From contig JBBTCT010000019.1 of NCBI GenBank assembly GCA_038060895.1, positions 20,322 to 53,206 of the forward strand: a DNA stretch of 32,885 nt. The letters run 5' to 3'. Made by a program: the position numbers and the translations under genes. Numbering within the stretch: position 1 is the first letter of the stretch; the number at the start of each line of letters is the position of its first letter. The notes beneath the pieces are model-generated. The model saw only the letters and a program-made list of their open reading frames with translations, had not been told where the DNA came from and made no database searches. Shown piece by piece: positions 25,331 through 32,885 of this stretch. This stretch comes from Planctomycetota bacterium. GTDB taxonomy: Bacteria; Planctomycetota; MHYJ01; WSZJ01.

Positions 25331-26398
25331 CTAATCGGTAATCGTGATTTCCCACGCGTGGCCCAGCGACTTCAGCGCCTTCTGCTGGTCCTCAGTCAGG
25401 TTCACCGACTCCTTGATCCGCTTTTCGACGCCGATCGCCAGATCTGCTCTCGCGAGTGCTTTCTGCACGTCCGAGAGAGGCTGCCCGGCCGCCGCTTTCG
25501 CGTCCCAGTCCGCTTCCATCGAGTCGTACTGCCGGAGGAAATCGCTCACGAGCGGCCTGAGCGGCGCGTCGCCGCCTTCCTGAATATTCAGCGTCCGTTT
25601 CAACTCTTCCAGCAACTGGCCTTCCACCTGGTCGCGCTTCCCCGTCAGCGGCCAGGTATCCACGCGCGCGGCTCCGTCCGACCACATCCGTCCGGTCTTG
25701 AACCAGTCAACCTGCTCCGGCGTGAGCTGCCCGCGAATCCCCGCCATCGCGTCCCAGACGAGCGCCGCGCCGTTGCGGCGCCACTCCAGGGTGCTCAGCT
25801 CGTCCTTCCGCGCACTGAGCGCCTTCCACGTTTCCTCGGCTTTCGCGACTTCGGCCTGCGCACGGAGAAGCGCCTCGGGGTCGAGCGGCGGCTCCGCCCC
25901 CTCGAGCACGGCGAGCATGAGCATCGGCGAGCCGTACGGCGACATCTCGAACTCGTTCAGGTTGAACCCCGACTCCTCCATCAGCTCCTTCGCGATCTCC
26001 ATGAACTGCAGCATCAGGTCGCGGTACTCCTCGCTGTTCTCGTTCTGGATCTCGTCCAGCTTGTCCTTGAGGAGGAAGAGCTTCTTCGCCATCGGCGACC
26101 AGGGATTCGTGAATTTCTTTGCGTCCACGGGCTTCGGCGAGCCCTTGTCCTTCTTCGCCGCTGCGATTCTTCCGTCCAGTCCCTTCAATTCCTCTTCCAG
26201 CGATGCCCTCTCCGCATCCAGTTTCGCCAGCTCGCCTTTCAGCGCCTCGGCCTCGGCGTTGGCGGGTCCTGCCGCTGTTGCGGAGGCGGATTTTGAAGCG
26301 GAGGCCGAGGCGTCGTCGCGTCGCGCTTCCACCGCGCGGAAAAGCACGAACGCCAGCAGGGCGCCAATCACGAGCCCGATGGGAAGTCCCTTCAGCAT
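25331..26398 (-). CDS. Hypothetical membrane-anchored helical protein, paralog 3 of tandem array
   Basis: MLKGLPIGLVIGALL anchor, NEFEMSPYG and VNLTEDQQKALKSL. SD AGGAG. Confidence 0.85.
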   Translation of the reverse strand: MLKGLPIGLVIGALLAFVLFRAVEARRDDASASASKSASATAAGPANAEAEALKGELAKLDAERASLEEELKGLDGRIAAAKKDKGSPKPVDAKKFTNPWSPMAKKLFLLKDKLDEIQNENSEEYRDLMLQFMEIAKELMEESGFNLNEFEMSPYGSPMLMLAVLEGAEPPLDPEALLRAQAEVAKAEETWKALSARKDELSTLEWRRNGAALVWDAMAGIRGQLTPEQVDWFKTGRMWSDGAARVDTWPLTGKRDQVEGQLLEELKRTLNIQEGGDAPLRPLVSDFLRQYDSMEADWDAKAAAGQPLSDVQKALARADLAIGVEKRIKESVNLTEDQQKALKSLGHAWEITITD

Positions 26399-26410
26399 GT
26401 CCTGCTCCTG

Positions 26411-27514
26411 TTATTCCGGCGGCGGGGGCGGTTCGTCCGTGTCGGACGGCTGCGGATTGTTATCCACCCAGAACTGGTAGGTCGTGCCCCAGTCGCGAAG
26501 CGCCTTCTGCTGCGCGGGCGAAAGGGACAGGGAGGAAGCCATCGCCTGCTGGGCCTTGATCTGGGCCTTGACCTGCTCGCGCTGGATCTTTTTCCAGGCG
26601 TTCCGGTCGCCGGAACTCGACTCGGACTTGAACATCTCCTGGGCGCTCTGGTAGTCCTTCATGTAGGTGTCCACGTAGGGACCCAGCAGCGCCTTCTGCG
26701 ACTCGTCGAATTTCAGCGCCTTTGCCCACGCGTCCGTCAAGTTCGACGTCACGGCTTCCTTCGTGCCGTTGGTCCAGTGATTCCCGCCGCCCATCCCCTC
26801 CGACATCATCCCGAACATCTCGAAGCTCTTGGAGCCGTCTTTCTGCGCGTCCGACATCGTACCGAGCACGCTCTGCATGTAGCCGTCGGCGAGTTCCGAG
26901 ATCGCGACCTTCTTCTCGAGCTTTGACATCGCCGCGTCGTCTTCACGGATTTTCTGCCAGTCTTTCGAGTACTTGTCGATGAGCGCGTCGACCTCGGCGA
27001 GCTGCTCAGGCGTGGCCGGGGGCTCCCCGGTTTCGAGCAGCGCACGCAGCAGCGCGGGCAGCCCTTCCGGCGAAGACATCGCCTCGTCCATGGCGACGCC
27101 GCGCTGCTTCGCGATCCGGGCGATCAGGGCCATGAAGTCAAGCTGCGCGGCCTGCAGCTCCTTGCTGTCGCGGTCCTTGTCCTCCGTCGCCCCGAACGCC
27201 TTCGCGAGCAGCGGCGCGAGTTCCTTCCATGACTTTTCGCCCGCCTTTTTCTTTTTCTTCTTCCCGCCGCCCTGCTCCTTCTTCTCCATCGAAGCGAGCT
27301 CGCCCTTCCGGTCTGCAAGCGACTTGCGAAGCGCCTCGTTGCCCGCCTTGAGCGCGTCCGCCTGGGACCTCAGGGAAGCGGTGTCGGGAGCCACGTCCGC
27401 AGGAGCATCGCCCTTGTCGCGCGCGTCGTCCGCCTTGTGCGTCGCCATCGCCTTCAGGACGATTGCCGTCACCAGCGCTCCGGCGACCAGGCCGGCCAGG
27501 ATTCCCTTCAGCAT
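26411..27514 (-). CDS. Hypothetical membrane-anchored helical protein, paralog 2 of tandem array
   Basis: MLKGILAGLVAGALV anchor, DEAMSSPEG, WAKALKFDESQ and LSLSPAQQKALRDW. SD GGAGAGG and an upstream TAGAAT. Confidence 0.85.
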   Translation of the reverse strand: MLKGILAGLVAGALVTAIVLKAMATHKADDARDKGDAPADVAPDTASLRSQADALKAGNEALRKSLADRKGELASMEKKEQGGGKKKKKKAGEKSWKELAPLLAKAFGATEDKDRDSKELQAAQLDFMALIARIAKQRGVAMDEAMSSPEGLPALLRALLETGEPPATPEQLAEVDALIDKYSKDWQKIREDDAAMSKLEKKVAISELADGYMQSVLGTMSDAQKDGSKSFEMFGMMSEGMGGGNHWTNGTKEAVTSNLTDAWAKALKFDESQKALLGPYVDTYMKDYQSAQEMFKSESSSGDRNAWKKIQREQVKAQIKAQQAMASSLSLSPAQQKALRDWGTTYQFWVDNNPQPSDTDEPPPPPE

Positions 27515-27595
27515 CGAGCCTCTCCCATTTGCGCCCCGCGCGCATTCTACGGCGTTGGATGCCGCGAATCGCGGCGAATCACGGCGCTCCGCTCT

Positions 27596-27751
27596 TCAGG
27601 CGACCGTCAGGACGAGAATGACGGCAACGACAATCGAGCCCAGGACGAGGAGCCCCATGACTCCCGCAAGGACGAACCCGAAGGGAAAGGCCCTTGCGCC
27701 AAGGCGCGCCGCACGAAATCTCTGCCCCAGGATGAACCGGATGTGCATCAC
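27596..27751 (-). CDS. Small (about 51 aa) membrane protein with a C-terminal hydrophobic helix
   Basis: Strong SD GGAGG 8 nt before GTG 27751, just after the stop of paralog 1. Basic N-terminus, then GFVLAGVMGLLVLGSIVVAVILVLTVA. Confidence 0.6.
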   Translation of the reverse strand: MMHIRFILGQRFRAARLGARAFPFGFVLAGVMGLLVLGSIVVAVILVLTVA

Positions 27752-27765
27752 GGTGAGTTCCTCCG

Positions 27766-28833
27766 TTATCTGCCCGCGTCGGTCGCATCGAACGAGTATT
27801 CCGTTCCCCATTCCTTCAGCACCTTCGCCTGCTCCTCCGAAAGCCGGATGGTCTCGGCGAGCTTCTTCTGCGCGGCGATCATCGCCGTAAGCCCCGCCGC
27901 TTTCCGCTCGCGCTCCGTCACCTTGAGCCCTGCCGCCTCGCGCCGCGCGAACTCGTCCTTCGCCGCCTGCACGTCGCGCATGAACTCGTCCACGACCAGC
28001 CCCATCGCCGGCCTCTGCGACTCGTCCAGGCGGAGATCCTTCGCCCAGCTCGACTTCAGAGATTCCGCCACCTGCACTGCGGACCCGCCGAAGGACGCGT
28101 GCCGCCCTCCGAAATTCAGGTCGGCATCGAAGAGCTGCATGTCGTCGGCGATCTGCCTCGCTTCGCTACCGAACGCCTCGCGCAGGGAACCGATCGTGCG
28201 CCCCTGCAGTTCGAGCAATTCCCGCTTGCGCTCGTACGACATCAGCCCGTCGCGCTTCCCAAGGTAGTCCGTCCACGCGTCCTGGCCGGCGGCCATGGCG
28301 GCTTCGATGGCCTGCTGCTGCGCGGCGTCCGGCCGGATTCCCGCCGCCTCCATGATCGAGAGCAGGAACGCCGGCATCGCATCCGGGCACGCCGCGATCT
28401 CGTCGAGATTCACGCCATGTTCCTTCGCCAGCTTCCCGAGAAGCCCCAGGAATTCCATCAGCGCCTGCTGCGACTCCGGGGAATTTCCCGCGTCCTCGCC
28501 CTTCATCTTGTCCTTCATTTGATAGAACGCCGCGCCCACGTCTTTCCAGCGGCTCCCCTTCGCGGCTACCGTGGACTTCCCGGCCTTTGCCGCCGCGCTC
28601 GCTTCGAGATCGCCGACCTTTTTCTGAAGCGCTTCCTTCTCGCTGCGCTCGTCCGCCAGGGCCTTCTCGAGCCGGGCGACTTCCTCGGTCCCGGGCTTGA
28701 GCCGGGGATCCTGCTCCCCGATTTTCGCGCCCACTTCTTCGAGCCGCTTTCCCTGGTTCCGATCGACCAGGCGCACTCCTGCGGCGCCGATCAGCGCGCC
28801 GAAAACCAGTCCGAGGACGATGCCCTTCGCCAT
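27766..28833 (-). CDS. Hypothetical membrane-anchored helical protein, paralog 1 of tandem array
   Basis: Start MAKGIVLG (28833) with SD AGGAG. DEIAACPDA, WAKDLRLDESQ and IRLSEEQAKVLKEW. Confidence 0.85.
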   Translation of the reverse strand: MAKGIVLGLVFGALIGAAGVRLVDRNQGKRLEEVGAKIGEQDPRLKPGTEEVARLEKALADERSEKEALQKKVGDLEASAAAKAGKSTVAAKGSRWKDVGAAFYQMKDKMKGEDAGNSPESQQALMEFLGLLGKLAKEHGVNLDEIAACPDAMPAFLLSIMEAAGIRPDAAQQQAIEAAMAAGQDAWTDYLGKRDGLMSYERKRELLELQGRTIGSLREAFGSEARQIADDMQLFDADLNFGGRHASFGGSAVQVAESLKSSWAKDLRLDESQRPAMGLVVDEFMRDVQAAKDEFARREAAGLKVTERERKAAGLTAMIAAQKKLAETIRLSEEQAKVLKEWGTEYSFDATDAGR

Positions 28834-28922
28834 GACGCGGGTCTCCTGTGAATCGCCCGGCTTCCGGGCGCACTGAGAAGAGGTAAGGGGGGGCTGTTTC
28901 ATTTCGCGTAGAATCGGGAGTC

Positions 28923-29315
28923 ATGCCAGAGCGAGAAACGATCCGCAAAGCCATTGACGTCGCGCTTCAGGCCGCGGCCTACGACCAGCTTGGCCCGGCC
29001 GGCACCGATCTCGCGGCCGGTGCGCGTCGCGAGCTCGCAGCGCTGACCGACGGCTGGCCGGATGCCTCGCGCGCCCGTCTCACGGCCGCGGCCCTCGGCC
29101 TCGAGCGCGACCGCCACCAGCTCGACCGCGGGCGCAATCACTTCATCAAGGACTTCCGCCTGCGCCACGGCGCGAACGCGCGTGAATACTCGCTCGAAAT
29201 CCGCTCTCAGATGGAAGCCGGGATGGCCGACTTCAACCGGCGCAAGTCCCTGGCGATCGACGAAGCTGCCGCCCGGCTTCTTGAGGAACTCCAGACGTCG
29301 GGCCATCGCGCATGA
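28923..29315 (+). CDS. Hypothetical helical protein
   Basis: 130 aa with protein-like composition. TAGAAT lies 8 nt before the ATG, and the stop overlaps the next start (ATGA). Confidence 0.7.
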   Translation: MPERETIRKAIDVALQAAAYDQLGPAGTDLAAGARRELAALTDGWPDASRARLTAAALGLERDRHQLDRGRNHFIKDFRLRHGANAREYSLEIRSQMEAGMADFNRRKSLAIDEAAARLLEELQTSGHRA

Positions 29316-29842
29316 TTGCGCTCCGCTGCACCTGCGGGAAGAAGCTGCAGGTTCCCGACCGGATGGCGGGGCGGACGGGCAAGTGCCCGGACTGCGGCGA
29401 GCCGGTGCCCGTCCCGCGCGCGGGGTTCGTGGACGAGGACGGCGAAACGGTCGCTTCCGACAACTCAGCCCTCGAACTCGGGGACGATCCCGTACAGCCG
29501 AAATCGCGGCCTCCCGCGCCGGCGGCGGCCGCGGCAGCCGCCTCCTCCGCGCGCAGGGGAAAAGCCGGCAACGCCCCTTCGATTGCCTGTCCCCGCTGCG
29601 GAACCGCCTACGGTGTCGAAGCGATTTTCTGCCCGCAGTGCGCCGTGGATCTGAGGACCGGAAGGCCCGTGGCGGGGGTCGTGCCCGGGCACATGAGCGC
29701 CCCCCGGGCGGTCCGCTCCGAGTGGCCCATTCTGCTGGTCATGAGTGCGTTCTTCCGGCGCCCCGTCGTCCGCCTCGTCCTCGTGGGGTTGCTCGCCGTC
29801 GCCGCGTACTATGCGTACCGTCACCTTGTGGCCCCGAAATAA
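29312..29842 (+). CDS. Double zinc-ribbon protein with a C-terminal membrane anchor
   Basis: CTCGKKLQVPDRMAGRTGKCPDC and CPRCG...FCPQCAVDLRTG, then the hydrophobic LVLVGLLAVAAYYAY. Confidence 0.8.
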   Translation: MIALRCTCGKKLQVPDRMAGRTGKCPDCGEPVPVPRAGFVDEDGETVASDNSALELGDDPVQPKSRPPAPAAAAAAASSARRGKAGNAPSIACPRCGTAYGVEAIFCPQCAVDLRTGRPVAGVVPGHMSAPRAVRSEWPILLVMSAFFRRPVVRLVLVGLLAVAAYYAYRHLVAPK

Positions 29843-29950
29843 CGGGGGGTCATGACGGCAATTTGTTCATCTGACAAACCGGCCCCGGCAGCATAGAATC
29901 CCGCCCCTTCAGCCCGGCATTCGACCCTCCCCCTCCGAGGAGCCCACACC

Positions 29951-32098
29951 GTGATCGAAATGACGTGCACGTGCGGCAAGCAGATCAAGGTTCCCGACAC
30001 GATGGCGGGCAAAAAAGGCAAGTGCCCGGGGTGCGGATCCGTGATCGAGATTGCAGCCGCTGCGCCGGCGCCGAAAAAGGACGACCTGCTGCTGGAACTG
30101 GACGATCCCAAGCCCAAGGCGCGGCCGATTGAAGCGCTGATTCCGCCGGTCCAGGAGCTACCGGACGCCAAAGGGCCGAAGAAGAAGGCAGGTCCGCGGA
30201 TTTCCAGCGGCGACCTGCTGGGGGACGACAATCCCCACGCCGCGAAGAAGCGGGCCACGGCGCCTCCGAGCACGGGCGAAGGAGCGACTGGCGCTGGAGG
30301 TTCAGAAGGAAAAATTGCCTGCCCTCAGTGCGGCGAGATGTACACGTCTGACACGTTCTTCTGCATGAAGTGCAAGATTGACCTCTCCACCGGAAAGGCA
30401 TTCACCGGGCTCGTCGGGAAACAGTCGAAAACCAACCGCCCCGGCGACGAGTACGACCCCGAAATGCCCTTCTGGAAAATCACGCTCGGGATGCTCTACA
30501 AGCCCGCTTCCATGATGCAGTACTTCGCAGGCTGGTTTGAGCGCAAGGACGTTCAGGTCCAGATGATCGGCTTCTACGTCCTGTCCTTCCTGGCGATCGC
30601 GATCGCAGCGGGCGCGAAGTCGGGGAAAGTGCGGTCGATGGAGCAGAAAGGTCCGACCCCCGAGGAGCAGATCGCAAAAATCGAGAACGATGCGGGGACG
30701 TACACGCCGCACATTTTTGAAGGTTGGACGAAGAGCGGGACGGACGGGCTGGAAGCCAACGACAAGAACCCGTTCGTTTTCCGGATCAACTCGCCAGTCG
30801 GACCAGTCGAAGCGACCGACACCTTCACGGTGAAGTTCGCATTCTGCGAGCCGGGGCCGGGCAAGGGGATCCTGGGTGACGCGTATGTGGTCGCGACAGA
30901 GAACTGGAAGGGGAAGCGACAGGAGTATGCGGAATGGGTCAAGGCGCGTTCCCTTGCCCAGCCGGGCGACTACGAAGCGGACCTGGACGCGGAAATGGCG
31001 AATGGTTCCAGCTACGAGATCATTGTCTACGAGAAGGGGGTCGACCCCTTTGAATCGGGGGTCAAGGCGCGCTCGACGGTCCATGTCGCCTGGGCGTCCA
31101 AGCCCGGTTGGGCCAAACAGGTCTACGCCGATCTCGGCGAAACGGATGCGAAGAAGAAGTCCACGATCGAAGAAGAGGCGGCGAAGCTCGAGAAAAAGAA
31201 GGGAACGCTGATCGCGCCGACGGACTGGAAACGGGCGTACGACTCCAGGACCGGCCGCACCGGGCAGATCGGCGAGTTTTACTGGAAGGTGGAGAATCCG
31301 CCCCAGGATGTTGAGGCGGGGAAGAAGTTCCTGGTCACGATTGAGATGGTCCTTGAGGGCGAGGACAAGAAGCCCGGCGCCCCGATCGACGCCGAGGTAT
31401 ACGTCGCGACTTACGGCGGCTGGGCGGACGACGACGAAGAAGGCGGCGCTGAGAATCCGAAGGCCAATCAGACATCGCCGGGGAAGTACAGCTGCGAGGT
31501 CACGGGCGTCTACGACCGCGCCACCCTGGTGAATTTCATGTTCTGCCCGAAGGGCCAGAAGCTGACCTACAACAATCAACAGGGTGAATTGCTGGTGAGT
31601 TTCCCGACGCGCCCCGGCTGGGCAAAGACCGTGGTCGAGAAGGAGCGCAAGGAATACGAGAAGGAACACGAGAAGGACAAGCCCACGACGGTTGCGGGAA
31701 AAGCCACCAAGGCCCTCATGGGCGGCGCCGCGATCTTCGGGGCCGTTCTCGCCAACATCCTTGGCCTCGCCATCACCGCCGGCGTCTGCACGCTCACCGC
31801 AAGGCTGTTCGGCGGCGGCGGCAGCTTCCTTCTCTTGCTCTGCACGCTCGCGTATGTGACCGGCTTCACCAACATGCTCGAGCTCATTGTCTTCTTCGTC
31901 CCCGCGAAGGAAGTCGACTGGGTTGCGTGGGTCGTCGGCGTCATCACCGCCCTCGCCCACCTGCTCGCGCTGATGAAGGTCTTCGATCTCGACCTCATGA
32001 CCGCGCTTCTGGCTTCCTTCCTCGCCCGGGCCATCGTGCTCTTCGGCGTTGGCTGGCTGATTCTCGCGATCATGGGCACGTCCATGATGATCGGTTAG
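29951..32098 (+). CDS. Double zinc-ribbon, Yip1-like membrane protein with a large duplicated extracytoplasmic insert
   Basis: CTCGKQIKVPDTMAGKKGKCPGC and CPQCG...FCMKC. Yip1-like segments GMLYKPASMM plus TM1, and C-terminal TMs with ARLFGGGGSF...LAY. GTG start with SD GAGGAG. Confidence 0.75.
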   Translation: MIEMTCTCGKQIKVPDTMAGKKGKCPGCGSVIEIAAAAPAPKKDDLLLELDDPKPKARPIEALIPPVQELPDAKGPKKKAGPRISSGDLLGDDNPHAAKKRATAPPSTGEGATGAGGSEGKIACPQCGEMYTSDTFFCMKCKIDLSTGKAFTGLVGKQSKTNRPGDEYDPEMPFWKITLGMLYKPASMMQYFAGWFERKDVQVQMIGFYVLSFLAIAIAAGAKSGKVRSMEQKGPTPEEQIAKIENDAGTYTPHIFEGWTKSGTDGLEANDKNPFVFRINSPVGPVEATDTFTVKFAFCEPGPGKGILGDAYVVATENWKGKRQEYAEWVKARSLAQPGDYEADLDAEMANGSSYEIIVYEKGVDPFESGVKARSTVHVAWASKPGWAKQVYADLGETDAKKKSTIEEEAAKLEKKKGTLIAPTDWKRAYDSRTGRTGQIGEFYWKVENPPQDVEAGKKFLVTIEMVLEGEDKKPGAPIDAEVYVATYGGWADDDEEGGAENPKANQTSPGKYSCEVTGVYDRATLVNFMFCPKGQKLTYNNQQGELLVSFPTRPGWAKTVVEKERKEYEKEHEKDKPTTVAGKATKALMGGAAIFGAVLANILGLAITAGVCTLTARLFGGGGSFLLLLCTLAYVTGFTNMLELIVFFVPAKEVDWVAWVVGVITALAHLLALMKVFDLDLMTALLASFLARAIVLFGVGWLILAIMGTSMMIG

Positions 32099-32109
32099 GC
32101 AGAATCCCG

Positions 32110-32141
32110 CGGGGCGGGAGCCTCCCCTGGCTCCCGCCCCG
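32110..32141 (+). terminator. 13-bp perfect hairpin after the Yip1-like gene
   Basis: CGGGGCGGGAGCC-TCCCCT-GGCTCCCGCCCCG, 11 nt after the stop codon. There is no U tract, so it may be a stabilising stem rather than a terminator. Confidence 0.45.
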
Positions 32142-32220
32142 GACGGTCCCAACGCGGACGTTGCAAACCTCCGCTTCCTGCCTAGAATGGCCCCCCCCCG
32201 ATCCGCGCGAAGCACGGATC

Positions 32221-32240
32221 GTCCTGAGCGAGTCGAAGGA
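32221..32240 (-). repeat. Minimal copy of the REP-like repeat (TCC-TTCGAC-TCGCTCA-GGA)
   Basis: The + strand reads GTCCTGAGCGAGTCGAAGGA, with the same core as the units beside ssrA. Confidence 0.65.
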
Positions 32241-32249
32241 GGAGTTACC

Positions 32250-32885
32250 GTGTCCACCGCGTACAAGATGCTCGTGAATGGCCAGTGGGTCGAAGCGAAG
32301 TCCGGGAAGACGTTTGGAGTGACGAATCCCGCCACGGAAGAATCGCTCGGAACGGTGCCGGAAGCGGGCCCCGAGGACCTCGACCTTGCGGTGAAGGCGG
32401 CGCGCGCGGCGCTGGAAGGGCCGTGGGGAAAGATGAGCGCGGCGGACCGCGGGCGGCTGATCTGGAAAGCGGGCGAGCTGCTGCTGGCGCGGATCGACGA
32501 CCTGTCGAAGCTCGAGACCGCGAACCAGGGGAAGCCGATCTTCGAATCGTCAAAGATCGACCTGCCGTGGAGCGCGGGGTGCTACCAGTACTTTGCGGGA
32601 TGGGCGACCAAGATCTACGGCGACACCGTGACGCTCGGGCCGGGGTCGTTCAACTGCACGCTGAAGGAACCGATCGGCGTCGTCGGCGCGATCGTGCCGT
32701 GGAACTTCCCCATCCTGATCGCGACCTGGAAGCTCGCGCCCGCGCTTGCTGCGGGATGCACTCTCGTGCTCAAGCCCGCTTCCAATACGCCGATCACCGC
32801 GCTGAAACTTGGTGAGATCTTCACGGACGCTGGCTTCCCGCCCGGCGTCGTCAACGTCATCACCGGGCCCGGAGCCCGGACCGGC
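32250..32885 (+). CDS. Aldehyde dehydrogenase family protein (5' part, runs off the window)
   Basis: Not in the ORF track. GTG start with SD AAGGAGGAG. Translates to MLVNGQWV...NPATEE...EPIGVVGAIVPWNFP...WKLAPALAAGCTLVLKPAS...PPGVVNVITG. Confidence 0.95.
   Translation, partial: MSTAYKMLVNGQWVEAKSGKTFGVTNPATEESLGTVPEAGPEDLDLAVKAARAALEGPWGKMSAADRGRLIWKAGELLLARIDDLSKLETANQGKPIFESSKIDLPWSAGCYQYFAGWATKIYGDTVTLGPGSFNCTLKEPIGVVGAIVPWNFPILIATWKLAPALAAGCTLVLKPASNTPITALKLGEIFTDAGFPPGVVNVITGPGARTG

Noticed and set aside
21907-28833. Diversity-generating retroelement or recombinational cassette switching in the paralog array
   Set aside because: No reverse transcriptase or recombinase, no long near-identical DNA repeats seen, and every copy is a full gene with its own start.
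5786-32335. Long antisense or alternate-frame ORFs (e.g. 5786-7714, 10659-13193, 15941-17815, 19244-20824, 24848-26296, 30302-32335)
   Set aside because: These are shadow ORFs expected in high-GC coding DNA; each lies opposite a well-supported gene.

Overview
High-GC bacterial chromosomal window, probably from a planctomycete-like organism. That placement is inferred from a giant multidomain Hanks kinase, several N-terminal CxCG zinc-ribbon membrane proteins and a DUF4282 protein. From left to right it holds: smpB; a VTC-domain/DUF4956/CotH operon; a zinc-ribbon DUF4282 membrane protein; a small GIY-YIG nuclease and a cluster of structured REP-like repeats abutting the 3' end of the tmRNA gene ssrA (tag ATPAYNLAA); an FN3/PPC-repeat lipoprotein; a CDF metal exporter; an MshEN-like/Zn-ribbon Ser/Thr kinase; an SGNH hydrolase; a siroheme nitrite/sulfite reductase transcribed divergently from a fused GltD(NfnB)-NfnA-like flavoprotein; a tandem array of six diverged paralogous membrane-anchored helical proteins I cannot assign to a family; three genes including two zinc-ribbon proteins (one a Yip1-like protein with a duplicated inserted domain); and the 5' part of an aldehyde dehydrogenase. 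The best candidates for something undescribed are the six-paralog array (21.9-28.8 kb) and the GIY-YIG/structured-repeat module at the tmRNA 3' end. No CRISPR array, integrase, transposase, tRNA or rRNA was seen. All family calls come from motif recognition, not database searches.
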